A stretch of DNA of 64,000 nucleotides from Nitrospirota bacterium (GCA_963699545.1 CAVOUE010000009.1:64001-128000); one strand, 5' to 3'; numbered from the stretch's first letter, positions 29,258 through 40,348 are shown. Translations and numbers: made by a program. Notes: a model not told the origin generated them from the letters alone.

Positions 29258-31164
29258 ATGGATTTTTTCGATGTCATCTTCCCTCTTAATATCGGCCCCC
29301 TCACCTACCGCTGGCCTGCGGCTCAGGGTCGACTCTCCCCTGGAATGATGGTAAAAGCAGAGGTAAAAACGACCTGCCAGTACGGCCTTGTCCTCGGTAA
29401 TGCTGTCCATCAGCCGGAAGGCCATATCAAGGAAGTGACAGAAGTGATCTCCTGGAAGCCGGTGGTGAGCGACACCTTTCTCAGCCTCCTGAAATGGATG
29501 GCGGAATACTATCTCGTTCCGGAGGGCGCTGTCCTCAAGACCGCTGCCCTCATGGAATTTTGTCGCCCTTCAAAAACGAGAAAAAAGCTCAAGGAGAACA
29601 GAAAGCTCGCAGCACTCATCCGTACGTCTGCCGATGCCCTCAGTCTCTGAGAGCATCGTATTACCGATCCGTGCGTCTCTGGAGAAAGGGGTGTACAAGA
29701 CATTCCTGCTCCACGCGCCGACCATTCACTACGAAGTTTCATCCCTGCTTGCGGTCATGGAAGGGATCAGAAATGTCGTCATCCTCGTACCGGAGAACAG
29801 CACACATTGAGCTCCTCTTACCCGCTCTGACGGAATCATATGGCGACAGAGTGGCGATCCTCCACGGCAAGCTCTCGAAGGGCCGGCGGAGAGGCATTAT
29901 CAATCGTATCCTCTCCGGAGAGTCGGATATTATTCTGGGAACACGGATCGCGGTAACCGCTCCCCTCCCCTCCGTCTCTCTCATTGCGGTCCTGCAGGAA
30001 CAGAACCAGTCATTCAAGAACCTTGAAGGGGTCCGTTATCATGCACGGGACGTGGCGGTCATGCGCGGTTATCTCGAACAGTCTACGGTAGTCCTGTCTT
30101 CCACGGTCCCCTCGGTGGAATCCTTTCACAACACTGAGAGGGGCAAGTACATCTTTCTCAGCGCTCATGGAGCAGTATCCCGCCCCAGGATCGATGTCGT
30201 CAACATGAAGACGGCGGGGAAGGCAACGCCGCATCTCTCCCGAAGAGCTCTCCAGGCAGCGTCAGCTGCGATCAAGAACAAAGAGGGAGTCCTTTTTTTG
30301 ATCAACAGGAAAGGGTACTCCCTGATACAATGTGCAGAGTGCAGCACTGTCTTCACCTGCCCGGCATGCAGAATACCGCTCATATATCACAAGAACAAAA
30401 TGGTCCTCAGGTGCCATTATTGCAACTACATTTCCCGCGCGCCGGATACCTGCGAAAAATGCGGCAGTACAAGACTTGAGACCGTTGGGGCGGGCACGCA
30501 GCGTATCGCGGCCGACATCAGGAAATATTTGGACATAGAACCTCTCCGTATTGACAGAGATGCCCTGCGCGATCAGTCCCTGAAGGGTCTCCCGTTCATC
30601 ATGCGGGGAGATGAGATCATCGTGGGCACAAAGGCCGTCAAGGGGCACCTGGACGCCGGAGGAGGCAACAGGCTCTGCGTCTTCCTGAACCCTGACATCA
30701 GCCTGCACGTACCGGACTTCAGGTCATCGGAACTTCTCTTCCAGGAGATCATCGGCATGACCGAATATGTGAAACCTGCAGGCCTCGTTATTCTTCAGAC
30801 GAAGATGCCCGAAAGCCACGTTTTTCGCTGTGTGAGAGGCTATCGCTTCAGGGAGTTCTATACGCAGGAACTCTCCATGAGAAGGGCTCTTGCTTACCCC
30901 CCGTTCTCGCGCATGATCGTCATGACCCTTTCATCGAGGCTTGACATGAGCAGCACGCTGACGAGCTGCCTTCCCCGGGCAGATGACGGGATCGAATGCA
31001 TAGGCCCGATCCCCCTGCCGGGAAAACGGGTCCATGCCTGGAAGCTCATACTGAAATCTGCATTAAAGGAAAGGCTCAGCGAGTATGCAAGAAACATTTT
31101 GGAAGTCTTGAAGGAAGAGAAGAGGCTGCGAATAACGGTCGATGTCGACCCTATAACAATTTAG
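29258..31164 (+). CDS. priA: primosomal protein N', frameshifts about 29640-29800
   Basis: RYHARDVA, SSTVPSVES, INRKGYS, four CxxC pairs, GAGTQR, YPPFSR. Confidence 0.9.
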
Positions 31165-32098
31165 GGTATTTCTTTGTCCTCAGGATTTCCCTTGCGCGCA
31201 CGATGTCGCTGAGGATATGTTCATGGAGGACCTTGAAGTCGGGAAATACCTTCTCATCCCTGATCCGGTCTATGAAATGTACGCTGAGTTCCCTGCCGAG
31301 AATGTTCTCTGAAAAATCAAGGATATGGACTTCGTAGCTCATCCTCTGCTCCCCAAAGGTGGGGTTTCTGCCGATATTTGCAGCGCCATCGAATATGGTC
31401 CCGTCCATCCCGACTTTAACGGCATATACCCCTTCCTTCGGTATAAGCTCATTGGAGGTCTCGATATTCGCGGTAGGCACATTCATCAGACTTCCCCCCC
31501 TCCCGGCGCCCCTGACCACTCGCCCCGTGATCATGTAGGGTCTCCCGAGCAGCCACGAGGATTCGCAGACCCTGCCCCTTGCGAGAAGGCTCCTGACCCT
31601 GCTGCTGCTTACCTTCTCGCCATAGAGCCTTGCATTCCTGATGACCCTGAAGGTGAATCCACCCTTTCCGCTCCTTCTCCTTAACAGTGCGGTACTTCCC
31701 TTCTTCCCTTTACCAAAAGCATAGCTATGGCCGACAATCACCTCTTTGGCGCCGATTTGGTCCACAACGACATCGCGTATAAAATCATCCGGTTTCGTGT
31801 TCGCAAATTCCCTGTCAAAATGTATGCAGAGGAGCACCTCGATTCCAAGTAATTCCATAAGACGCGCCTTCTCGGGAAAGGGAGTCAGCAGTCTCACGCC
31901 CCTCTCCGGGGCGATGACCTTCAACGGATGAGGGTCAAAGGTTATCGCCAGGGGGGTACCCTTTATCGCCTTTGCCCTTTGCACAACGTTCCTGAATATC
32001 TTCTGATGTCCTATATGCATACCATCAAAATTGCCGATCGTGAGGACGACATTCCTGTATTTCCCTTTCAGATTTTCAAGTCCTCTCACGATCATCAT
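31151..32098 (-). CDS. ribF: riboflavin kinase/FAD synthetase
   Basis: GNFDGMHIGH, SSSRVR, PTAN, GRNPTF, EVHI. Confidence 0.96.
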   Translation of the reverse strand: MMIVRGLENLKGKYRNVVLTIGNFDGMHIGHQKIFRNVVQRAKAIKGTPLAITFDPHPLKVIAPERGVRLLTPFPEKARLMELLGIEVLLCIHFDREFANTKPDDFIRDVVVDQIGAKEVIVGHSYAFGKGKKGSTALLRRRSGKGGFTFRVIRNARLYGEKVSSSRVRSLLARGRVCESSWLLGRPYMITGRVVRGAGRGGSLMNVPTANIETSNELIPKEGVYAVKVGMDGTIFDGAANIGRNPTFGEQRMSYEVHILDFSENILGRELSVHFIDRIRDEKVFPDFKVLHEHILSDIVRAREILRTKKYPKLL

Positions 32099-32138
32099 CT
32101 GTCACCCCGGATCATTGCAGAAAGCGACCGCAGGTCGC

Positions 32139-32759
32139 TTATGAATGAGCTGCTTGCCTGTTCAGTTCTCCAAGGAGCTTTTCGTAGAGCGCCTTCACCT
32201 GCTCCTCCGTTTCCTCCCGAGCACCACTGTTATCGATCGTAAAATCAGCCATCCTCATTTTCTCGTGAATGGGCATCTGCGCATCCATGCGGGCCCGGGC
32301 ATCTTCCCTGCTGATGCCCCTCTGCCCAAGACGTTCGAGGGCTGTCTCCTCGTTCGCATACACCGTTATCGTCCTGCGAAACCTGCCGGCATACCCTTTC
32401 TCAAAAAGCAGAGGGATCTCAATGATTACGATCTTTCCCTTCGTCTCATTTCTGTCAAAGTCGTCCAATAATTCCTCGATCCTTTCAAAGACAAGAGGAT
32501 GCAGGATCTCCTCTACCACATCCCTCCTGCCCTTATCCTTAAAAATAACGGACGCGACCTTTGCTCTGTCGAGACTGCCGTCTTCAGAGAAAACACTCGC
32601 TCCGAGGGCTTTTCTCATCTTGTCGAGGACGGCTGCATCACTGAGAAGTTCGTCCACTATCCCGTCAGCCCCAACGGTAATCGCCCCGAGCTTCCCGAAC
32701 GTCCCGAGGACCGTACTTTTGCCCATTCCGTAATTACCGGTAAGTCCCACCAATAGCAC
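32139..32759 (-). CDS. coaE: dephospho-CoA kinase
   Basis: GLTGNYGMGKST, LHPLV, IPLLFE, IDNSG. Confidence 0.95.
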   Translation of the reverse strand: MLLVGLTGNYGMGKSTVLGTFGKLGAITVGADGIVDELLSDAAVLDKMRKALGASVFSEDGSLDRAKVASVIFKDKGRRDVVEEILHPLVFERIEELLDDFDRNETKGKIVIIEIPLLFEKGYAGRFRRTITVYANEETALERLGQRGISREDARARMDAQMPIHEKMRMADFTIDNSGAREETEEQVKALYEKLLGELNRQAAHS

Positions 32760-32850
32760 ACGGTATTATACCTCATACTGTTTAAAAGACGAAGGATTCG
32801 TACCCCCACCTTTGTACCCTCCACACCTGCCGTATTACTGCTTCAGGTGT

Positions 32851-32879
32851 TTGACCGGATTCCGCCAATAGGTTATACT
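32851..32879 (+). promoter_or_regulatory. sigma70 promoter
   Basis: TTGACC-17-TATACT followed by GGAGG RBS. Confidence 0.65.
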
Positions 32880-32907
32880 ACATTGAGCTATTGAGGAGGA
32901 GGTAGTA

Positions 32908-33189
32908 ATGCCCGTTTACGAATACGAGTGCCGGTCGTGCGGCAAGCTTCATGAGATAATGCAGCGATACACCGACGCACCTCTCGCCAAATGTCCGGAG
33001 TGCGGCGGAGAAATGAAGAAGCTCATTTCAAGCACATCCTTTATTCTTAAGGGCACAGGGTGGTATAAGACCGATTACCCTCCCCGCAACAGCAAGAAAG
33101 AGGGAGGCGAAAAAGACAACGGCGCAAAATCTGATAAGAAACCGGAAACAAAGTCCGAACCAAAGATAGAGACTGCGTCGAAGGCCTAG
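32908..33189 (+). CDS. FmdB-family zinc ribbon protein
   Basis: [12 protein letters not shown]...CPECGG...GTGWYKTDY. Confidence 0.9.
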   Translation: MPVYEYECRSCGKLHEIMQRYTDAPLAKCPECGGEMKKLISSTSFILKGTGWYKTDYPPRNSKKEGGEKDNGAKSDKKPETKSEPKIETASKA

Positions 33190-33983
33190 TGAATACGGTC
33201 CACGTCCACGTACCCTACCCTCGTGTAGGGGATTATCTTGCCGCCATCAGGCAGAACAGACTGAACCTCGAAATCTATTTCCCCTCTTCTTCCCTGGATT
33301 CCCTCAAACCCGGAGACATTGAACTGCTGAAGAAAGAACTTGATTACGGCCCTTCCCTGTCCATTCACGCTCCGTTCATGGATTTGTCACCGGGTGCTGT
33401 CGATGACAGGGTGAGGGTCGTCACTCTTGAACGGTTCTTACACGTGATGGAGATTGCGGAGCTCCTCTTACCCAAAGTGATCGTGTTCCACTCGGGGTAT
33501 GAGAAGTGGAAATATGCCCATTGGATAGACCTGTGGCTTGAGGGAAGTCTGATGACATGGCGGCCCGTCATAGACAAAGCCGCCCGGCAAGGGATAAAGA
33601 TCGCGATCGAAAACATCTTTGAGGATGAGCCCTCCAACCTTCTGGCGCTCATGGAAAAGCTTCACTCGGAGAACTTCGGCATATGTTTTGATACGGGGCA
33701 CTGTAACCTCTTTTCGAAGGTTCCCGTGGTAGAGTGGATCGAGAAGCTTATGCCCTACATCTTTGAGCTTCATCTCCATGATAATGACAGGACTCTTGAC
33801 CAGCACCTTCCCATCGGCGACGGCACCTTTGACTTCAGAACACTGTTCTCGTCCCTCAACGGGAAAGACTGTGTCCGTACGATCGAGGCACACAGCCCGG
33901 AAGATGTCTTGAAAAGCATGGGGAGACTGAGGGAGCATATATCACAGCTTCCCGGCCTGGTTCCTGAGAGAAAATCCTCTTAA
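33189..33983 (+). CDS. sugar phosphate isomerase/AP endonuclease 2 TIM-barrel protein
   Basis: HAPF, IEN, DTGH, HLHDN, HLPIGDG. Confidence 0.88.
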   Translation: MNTVHVHVPYPRVGDYLAAIRQNRLNLEIYFPSSSLDSLKPGDIELLKKELDYGPSLSIHAPFMDLSPGAVDDRVRVVTLERFLHVMEIAELLLPKVIVFHSGYEKWKYAHWIDLWLEGSLMTWRPVIDKAARQGIKIAIENIFEDEPSNLLALMEKLHSENFGICFDTGHCNLFSKVPVVEWIEKLMPYIFELHLHDNDRTLDQHLPIGDGTFDFRTLFSSLNGKDCVRTIEAHSPEDVLKSMGRLREHISQLPGLVPERKSS

Positions 33984-35081
33984 TTTCGGCCCACCGGCGC
34001 CCTTATACTGGATCATCACCTTGTGGGACTCACCCATGCCCTGGGGGAGGATCAGGCTCTTGATCTTTGCAGCGCCAAAGAGATCAGGGGAATCGCCGTA
34101 AAGCCCCGTCATCACTTCATCGATGCCAAGAGAGACAAGGTAGGTCCCCTGGGGACAAAACCCCGCAGTTATAAGACCGAATTCCTGTCCCCATTTTTTT
34201 ACCGCCGAGAAATTCACATGGGCCGTCAGATCCTGTTCCCCGATATGCTGGTACGGGTCTTCGTTCACCTGATGCTGATAATAGCAGAGCAGCGTCCCCC
34301 TGTTCCGGTCGTCACCATAGTAGTCCCACGCAGGGTAGCCGTAATCAATGGTCAGGACAAAACCCTCTGAAAGTGTCTCACTGATATTCCTGAGCCAGCC
34401 CTTCAGCCGGAGATTTACCTCGGTTCTGTACCCTTCCGGAAGTTCAACATCAAACTCCCTGAAATACTCCCTGACATCGTCACCGCATGGTCTCTTCACT
34501 TCCACAACCTCATCCCCTTTTACCGTGACATAGACCTCCATCACCTCCCCGTCCATCTCAACCATTCTGACGGGAAAGGCATCGAGAAGCTCGTTGGAGA
34601 AGAGACATCCTACAACAGGCCCCAGCTCTTCCAGGCCGGAAAACCACGCGATCATGTCCGAATAGTCCTTGAGGAGCATCTGCTGCTGCGCCTTCACTGA
34701 AGGATTCAGCTCGATGATGGAATAGCTGATGTGCTCAAAAAAAGCGCCACTGTTCACCCCTTGCTGCCTGCCCCTCGTCTTAAGATACTCAAGCATGTCT
34801 GCGGCAAGATATCCCATGCCAGCACCCATCTCCACGATGCGGAACACCTCCGGCCTGCCCATAAGGTCCCACATCTCTTCCATCTGTCTCCCTATCATTG
34901 CGCCGAAAATCGGATGAAGATGGGAACTGGTGTAAAAATCCCCAGGCCGGCCGATCTTTGTGGCGTCCCTCGTGTAGTATCCGAGTCCCGGGGAATAGAG
35001 TGCCATGTCCATGAAGGTCTCAAACTTTATCGGACCTTCTTTCTTTATTCTTTCGATGATGTTTTCTTTGAGAGGGGTCAT
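33942..35081 (-). CDS. MidA/NDUFAF7-family SAM methyltransferase
   Basis: ALYSPGLGYY, GDFYTS, EMGAGMG, NELLDAFP, IDYG, QDLTAHVNF. Confidence 0.92.
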   Translation of the reverse strand: MTPLKENIIERIKKEGPIKFETFMDMALYSPGLGYYTRDATKIGRPGDFYTSSHLHPIFGAMIGRQMEEMWDLMGRPEVFRIVEMGAGMGYLAADMLEYLKTRGRQQGVNSGAFFEHISYSIIELNPSVKAQQQMLLKDYSDMIAWFSGLEELGPVVGCLFSNELLDAFPVRMVEMDGEVMEVYVTVKGDEVVEVKRPCGDDVREYFREFDVELPEGYRTEVNLRLKGWLRNISETLSEGFVLTIDYGYPAWDYYGDDRNRGTLLCYYQHQVNEDPYQHIGEQDLTAHVNFSAVKKWGQEFGLITAGFCPQGTYLVSLGIDEVMTGLYGDSPDLFGAAKIKSLILPQGMGESHKVMIQYKGAGGPKLRGFSLRNQAGKL

Positions 35082-35114
35082 GATAGTACTGAATTACTTA
35101 CCGCACGAGTTTTA

Positions 35115-35285
35115 TGAGCAGGGCTGACTTGAGCGGCATCAGAGGTTTTTCGGTAACAGTCCTTCGCGAAATGAAGCGGTTACATCCTCGACTGTCTGCG
35201 CCCGCAGGGCGAGTTTCGAGGATGTAGTGGAATGAGCATAGAACTGTCGAAAAATCTCGTAGTGAGCGAAAGTCAGTTATGCTCA
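35115..35285. repeat. 170-bp nested imperfect palindrome (MITE/REP-like or structured RNA)
   Basis: Arms TGAGCA/TGCTCA, CTGACTT/AAGTCAG, GAGGTTTTTCG/CGAAAAATCTC, ACAGT/ACTGT, TACATCCTCGA/TCGAGGATGTA, CTGCG/CGCAG. Confidence 0.75.
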
Positions 35286-35307
35286 AGGAACGCACATTTC
35301 TGCCTTT

Positions 35308-36291
35308 TCACGGTATCTCGAGCATCCTGTCCAGAGCCCTCCTGGCAGGAACCCGTATCTCTTCGGGAACCTTTATGACATGTCTCATTTCCCTCAGGGC
35401 CCTGAGGACACTGTCCAGTGTAGTCTTCTTCATGTTGGGACAGATCATGTCTTTCCTCAGGGGATGAAAAACCTTATCCGGATGCTCCTTTTTCAGTCGG
35501 TGCATGAGACCGACTTCGGTGCCGACGATGAACTCCTTCGCCTCCGAAGCTGCCGCAAACCTGAGCATCCCGGATGTACTCGTCACATGATCCGCAAGTT
35601 CCAGGACCTCGGGCCTGCACTCGGGATGCGCCATGAGCAGGGCCCCGGCATGTTCGGCCCTCGCCTTCAGGACATCCTCCTTAGTTACCCTGTCGTGGAC
35701 ATGGCAGAACCCGTCCCACGCGATGACCTGCTTTTTTGTGTTCTTCTGGGCCCACATGGAGAGATTCCGGTCAGGGACGCAGATCACTCTATCGCCGGGA
35801 AGGGACTCCACCACCCTGACCACGTTGGCGGACGTGCAACAGATATCGCTCTCGGCCTTCACGTCGGCAGTAGTGTTCACATAGGCGACCACAGGAACTC
35901 CGGGATATGTCGCTTTCATGTCCCTCAGTGTGAAATCATGGGGAAAGACAAAGGCTGGCTGGACATCATACCCGGGGAAATTCTTCCGGACATTTCGTAT
36001 GGAACTCACCCTGATCATGTCCGCCATGGGGCAGTTCGCATCCGGTTCCGGCAAAAGTACGGTCTTTTCAGGAGAAAGTATGGAGGCGCTCTCCGCCATA
36101 AAGTTCACGCCGCAGAAGACGATCACATCGCACTCGATGGTCGAGGCAATCCGGGAAAGCTCAAGGGAATCGCCCACAAAGTCAGCCAGGTCCTGCACCT
36201 CATCCCTCTGGTAGTTGTGGGAAAGGATTATGGCGCGTTTCTCACCCTTCACCTTCAGGATCTCTCTACGAAGATCTTCAGAAAGGGACAT
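35308..36291 (-). CDS. nadA: quinolinate synthase
   Basis: HNYQ, GDSL, FCGVNFMAE, CPMA, CTSAN, AHPEC, CPNM. Confidence 0.97.
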   Translation of the reverse strand: MSLSEDLRREILKVKGEKRAIILSHNYQRDEVQDLADFVGDSLELSRIASTIECDVIVFCGVNFMAESASILSPEKTVLLPEPDANCPMADMIRVSSIRNVRKNFPGYDVQPAFVFPHDFTLRDMKATYPGVPVVAYVNTTADVKAESDICCTSANVVRVVESLPGDRVICVPDRNLSMWAQKNTKKQVIAWDGFCHVHDRVTKEDVLKARAEHAGALLMAHPECRPEVLELADHVTSTSGMLRFAAASEAKEFIVGTEVGLMHRLKKEHPDKVFHPLRKDMICPNMKKTTLDSVLRALREMRHVIKVPEEIRVPARRALDRMLEIP

Positions 36292-37014
36292 CTAAAACCT
36301 TGGGGTCTTCTTTTGATTATAAAGGGGGGAATTGGTGAACAGGACAGTGCCATCTTCCGTCAGCACCTTAAAAATGGCCTCGGTCTTCGGTCCCGCATGG
36401 GGGACGAGCGAGACCGAGGATGATACGGGAAGGACGGTCCTTCCGTTATAGAGAGAGAGAACTCTCTTCACGTACTGCTTCGTTTCCGTGATCTGCGGAA
36501 CGGAACCGGTTCTCTCCACCGCCTTTGGTCCGGCGTTATAGGCTGCAAGGGCGAGGGTAAGATCACCATTAAACCTCTCAATGAGATACTTCAGATACCG
36601 TGTCCCCCCGTCTATATTCTCCTCGGGGTCAAAGGGGTTTCTCACCGCAAGGTCGTTGGCGGTCGTAGGCATCAGTTGCATAAGCCCCATGGCGCCTTTT
36701 CTCGATATTGCGCGCGGGTTACCGTTGGATTCCGTCTTGATCACGGCGTGCAGAAGGGATGGGTCCATCTCATACTTGCTCGCCTTGTCGGCCACAATGC
36801 TGTGAAAGTCCCTCTGTACGGCTGGACCGTGACTGTAACCATCCCCCTGCACCAACGAGGGTTCGGTCCTCAGCACTCTTTCAGCCTTCCTGTTTAAAGG
36901 AGCATCCGTGTAGCAAAGCACTCCGTTCTCGTCAACATACCGGTAGATGTCTGCCCACGAGCTTGTCGGAACTGAAAACAGCGAAAGCAAGGCGATGAGA
37001 ACTATCCGCATCAT
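36292..37014 (-). CDS. lytic transglycosylase (SLT) with DUF4124-like N-terminus
   Basis: IKTES, GAMGLMQLMP, AYNAGP, ETKQYV. Confidence 0.92.
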   Translation of the reverse strand: MMRIVLIALLSLFSVPTSSWADIYRYVDENGVLCYTDAPLNRKAERVLRTEPSLVQGDGYSHGPAVQRDFHSIVADKASKYEMDPSLLHAVIKTESNGNPRAISRKGAMGLMQLMPTTANDLAVRNPFDPEENIDGGTRYLKYLIERFNGDLTLALAAYNAGPKAVERTGSVPQITETKQYVKRVLSLYNGRTVLPVSSSVSLVPHAGPKTEAIFKVLTEDGTVLFTNSPLYNQKKTPRF

Positions 37015-37086
37015 ACTTGAATGTTATCACGCAGAGACGCTTCTGTCAAGCACTGAAGCCATTCCGCATGCGTTTGACGTCTTCAC

Positions 37087-37290
37087 CTACAATTCCTTTA
37101 TTCCCCCATACGCAAAATAAAACGCCATGACGGAGAAAAAAGACGTAACAACTACAAGGAGCAGAAACAACAGCGCCCGCAGCGTATCTCCTCTCCGGAA
37201 GTAAAAGATCGCACGTGGCGCAAGAGTGACAACTCCGAAAAAAAGCATAAGACCGATGAGTATCTGGGTGATAATCCTGAGCACAGACAA
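37087..37290 (-). CDS. small membrane protein
   Basis: 67 aa with two hydrophobic helices. Confidence 0.5.
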   Translation of the reverse strand: MSVLRIITQILIGLMLFFGVVTLAPRAIFYFRRGDTLRALLFLLLVVVTSFFSVMAFYFAYGGIKEL

Positions 37291-37406
37291 ATGTAGAACA
37301 AATACCGCCGTAAAAGCAAACCATTTGTCGACGTTGCGCGCTCCCTCACTTTATGATACCCTTAAGACAAGGGAACGGAGATGAATACCAAAGGAGGATA
37401 TGCAGG

Positions 37407-37733
37407 ATGAAAAAGACGTGCATGGTGTGCCTTATCGTGATGGCGGTCTTTGTGCTCGGCTCAATAGGGATCGCAAAGGAAGGCGGGAAAAAGTCCGGAG
37501 AAGCGTTATTCAAAGAGCACTGCTCGCCGTGTCACGCGGACGGGGGCAATATTATCAACCCCAAGAAGACACTGAAGAAGAAGGACCTCGACGCAAATAA
37601 CATCAAGAAGGCGGGGGATATCGTAAAGATAATGAGAACTCCGGGTCCCGGCATGACAAAGTTCGATGACAAGACCATCCCTGACAAGGACGCAAAAGAG
37701 ATTGCGGAATATATTCTGAAGACCTTCAAGTAG
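37407..37733 (+). CDS. monoheme cytochrome c, cytochrome c6-like
   Basis: Signal peptide, CSPCHADGGNIINPKKTL, distal Met PGMTKF. Confidence 0.9.
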   Translation: MKKTCMVCLIVMAVFVLGSIGIAKEGGKKSGEALFKEHCSPCHADGGNIINPKKTLKKKDLDANNIKKAGDIVKIMRTPGPGMTKFDDKTIPDKDAKEIAEYILKTFK

Positions 37734-37743
37734 GGCATTTCAG

Positions 37744-37767
37744 CTGGCAGGGCGGTCGCCCTGCCAG
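37744..37767. terminator. GC-rich hairpin after cytochrome gene
   Basis: CTGGCAGGGCG-GT-CGCCCTGCCAG; no clear U tract. Confidence 0.5.
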
Positions 37768-37835
37768 TCGCCCCTGCACGTTGACATCTTCCCCTTCCTC
37801 ATTGACATAAAAAACCATTTCGGCAATCATGTAGT

Positions 37836-38999
37836 ATGGTCGCAGCCTTTGACAAATCCTCCATAGAGAGCATTTCAGCCACTCAGTTTACCGAGGGCAA
37901 CAGGGTGAAACTCCTCTATAAGGGGAGAGACTCCTTTAAGGCAATTTTCGAATGCGCGAATGATGCAAAAAAGCTCATCTGCCTCCAGTTCTATATTTTC
38001 CGGAACGACGAAACAGGAACCGAGCTTGCCGGTCTTCTCAAGAAAAAGGCGAGGGAAGGCATACAGGTCTACGTCCTCTATGATCATTTCGGGTCCATCG
38101 GAACGCCGGGTCGTTTCTGGAATGAACTTTCAGATGCCGGGATTGCCCTGCGGGCATCAAGGCCTTTCAAGTGGTTTTCCCCTCTCCACTATGCCCGTCG
38201 GGACCACAGGAAACTACTGATCATCGACTGTGCAAGGGCATTCACCGGAGGTCTGAACATAGCCAACGAATACCGCGGTTTTCACCTCAGGAGGAAGAGG
38301 GGATGGAGGGATACCGGTATCATACTGGATGGCCCCATCGTCCCTGAACTCTTCGTCACTTTTCAAAAAGCCTGGCAGGCATGGGGAGGCCCGCCCATCC
38401 CTTCTTCCGAAATACCGGAATGTCAGCTTTCTGCCCCGGCTTCGGAAGTCACGTTGCCGGTCATTACGATCTTTGCCTCCTCTGCAAAGGGGAGGAGGAG
38501 GATGCGCAAGCTTCTCTATCACAGCATTACCCATGCGCAAAAGAGTATCCATTTGACTACTGCATATTTCACTCCCAGCAGGAGAATGCTGTATTCCCTC
38601 GAAGAAGCGGTGAGGAGAGGGGTAAAGGTAAAATTGCTTCTCCCCGGTCAGAGCGACGTGCCCGCTGCTTATTATGCAGGACGCGCTTCCTTTTCAAGAC
38701 TCCTGAAATCGGGGATAAGAATATTCGCATACCATGGAGAGATGTTGCACGCAAAAAGCTACGTCTTCGATGAATACTGGAGTATCGTTGGTTCTGCTAA
38801 TCTCGACTTTCAGTCCCTCCGCTGGAACGATGAGGGGAACGTGGGGATACTGGACGAGGGGTTCGGGCGGGAGATGACCGCTGTCTTTGAGGAAGACATC
38901 ACCCACGCCATGGAGATACAGCGCGACGAATGGACGGGAAGACCCTTTTCCGAAAAGATCAAGGAGAGATTCTTCGCGCTTTTCAGGAGGAGGCTTTGA
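37836..38999 (+). CDS. cls: cardiolipin synthase (ClsB-like phospholipase D)
   Basis: Two HKD motifs HRKLLIID and HAKSYVFD, GSANLD. Confidence 0.9.
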   Translation: MVAAFDKSSIESISATQFTEGNRVKLLYKGRDSFKAIFECANDAKKLICLQFYIFRNDETGTELAGLLKKKAREGIQVYVLYDHFGSIGTPGRFWNELSDAGIALRASRPFKWFSPLHYARRDHRKLLIIDCARAFTGGLNIANEYRGFHLRRKRGWRDTGIILDGPIVPELFVTFQKAWQAWGGPPIPSSEIPECQLSAPASEVTLPVITIFASSAKGRRRMRKLLYHSITHAQKSIHLTTAYFTPSRRMLYSLEEAVRRGVKVKLLLPGQSDVPAAYYAGRASFSRLLKSGIRIFAYHGEMLHAKSYVFDEYWSIVGSANLDFQSLRWNDEGNVGILDEGFGREMTAVFEEDITHAMEIQRDEWTGRPFSEKIKERFFALFRRRL

Positions 39000-40219
39000 T
39001 ATTCGGCTCTCCACCCTTCACGAACTGGATCATGATGAGGCCGGTCAGGAAAAAAAGCGCGATCGAGAGTATCGCAGGCCGCTGACTGCCAAAGGTCGAG
39101 GAGATATACCCAAAGATCAAAGGTCCTGCTACGGCAGAGGATTTTCCCACCATTGAGTATGCCCCGAAATATTCTGATTCGTGACCCGGGGGGATGAACT
39201 GCGTAAAGAACGCCCTGGTCGCTGCCTGGACAGTGCCGAGACCCAGGCCAGCGCTGCACGACAGGAGCCAGAAATGCGCTTTCGAAGAGATGAAGAAGGC
39301 GATAACGGAGAACAGAGGTCCACAAAAGAAGCGAAAGACTGACCACCTTCTTCGGTCCAAGAGAATCTATAGGCCTTGCCATGAGAAAGGCGCCGATGAG
39401 GGCAGTGATCTGGACAATGAGATAGAGGCCTATCAGTTCCTGCGGCTTAAATCCCAGAGTGCTTGCCGCAAAGATGCTCGAAAATACGATGACCGTGTTC
39501 ACCCCGTCTTCATAGACCAGGTACGCTATGAGGAATCGCCTGGACTCCCTGCCGGCCCATATCTCTCTGAATGTGCTCCACGTGCACCGGAAACCCTGTG
39601 AGGCAGCGCGGATGATCTTCAGCCCGGTTCTGTCCCTCGGAAGAGAGAGAAAAGCGGGCAGGGAAAAAAGAGCAAAGAAGGCGGCGACCATGAGCCATGT
39701 TTCTCCAAAGTGTCCCGTCTTCACCAGAGGGATCGCAACGATGAGGGAAAGAATGGAACCTGCATATCCGATGGCATAGCCCCACGCCGAAACCCTCCCC
39801 TGGTATTCCTTTTCCGCGATCTCGGGGAGAAACGAGTTGTAAAAAACCAGTCCCCCTTCCAGCCCCATGTTCGCCAGGACTATCAGGAGAAAACCCTCAA
39901 AGACCATTCCTTTTTGGAGAAAAGAGAGGCTCGTCACCGTGACTATGCAGACGGACGTGTACGCGAAAAGGAGCCTCTTCCTTATCCCGCCGTAATCGGC
40001 GATCCCGCCCATGAACGGCGAGGTCACCGCGACGACCGCCATGCTCAGCGACACCGCCCTCCCCCACCAGAGATCTCCAAGACCGTTCTGGTTGCCCACG
40101 ATCTGCGTCGCGTAATAGACAGGGAATACGACTGCAGCTATGACCGCGGAATAGCTTGAATTGGCGAAATCAAACATGCACCAGCTGATGATCTGCTTCC
40201 TGTTTCTTATGCCGGTCAT
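38983..40219 (-). CDS. MFS transporter (UMF1/Atg22-like), frameshift near 39310
   Basis: WCMFDFANS, FYNSFLP, GRVSAWG, YEDG; C-terminus in ORF 38983..39360. Confidence 0.88.
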
Positions 40220-40257
40220 CCCTCCTCCTGCCCTCTGATTATAGCACCAAATTTATT

Positions 40258-40286
40258 TTGACACGATGAAAGCTGATTGCTATAAT
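40258..40286 (+). promoter_or_regulatory. consensus sigma70 promoter with extended -10
   Basis: TTGACA-17-TATAAT preceded by TG. Confidence 0.8.
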
Positions 40287-40348
40287 TACATTAACTGGAG
40301 CGGGAAAAGGGAGGAACGAACTGTCCGTCTCCGAACGAGGGAGAGGAG

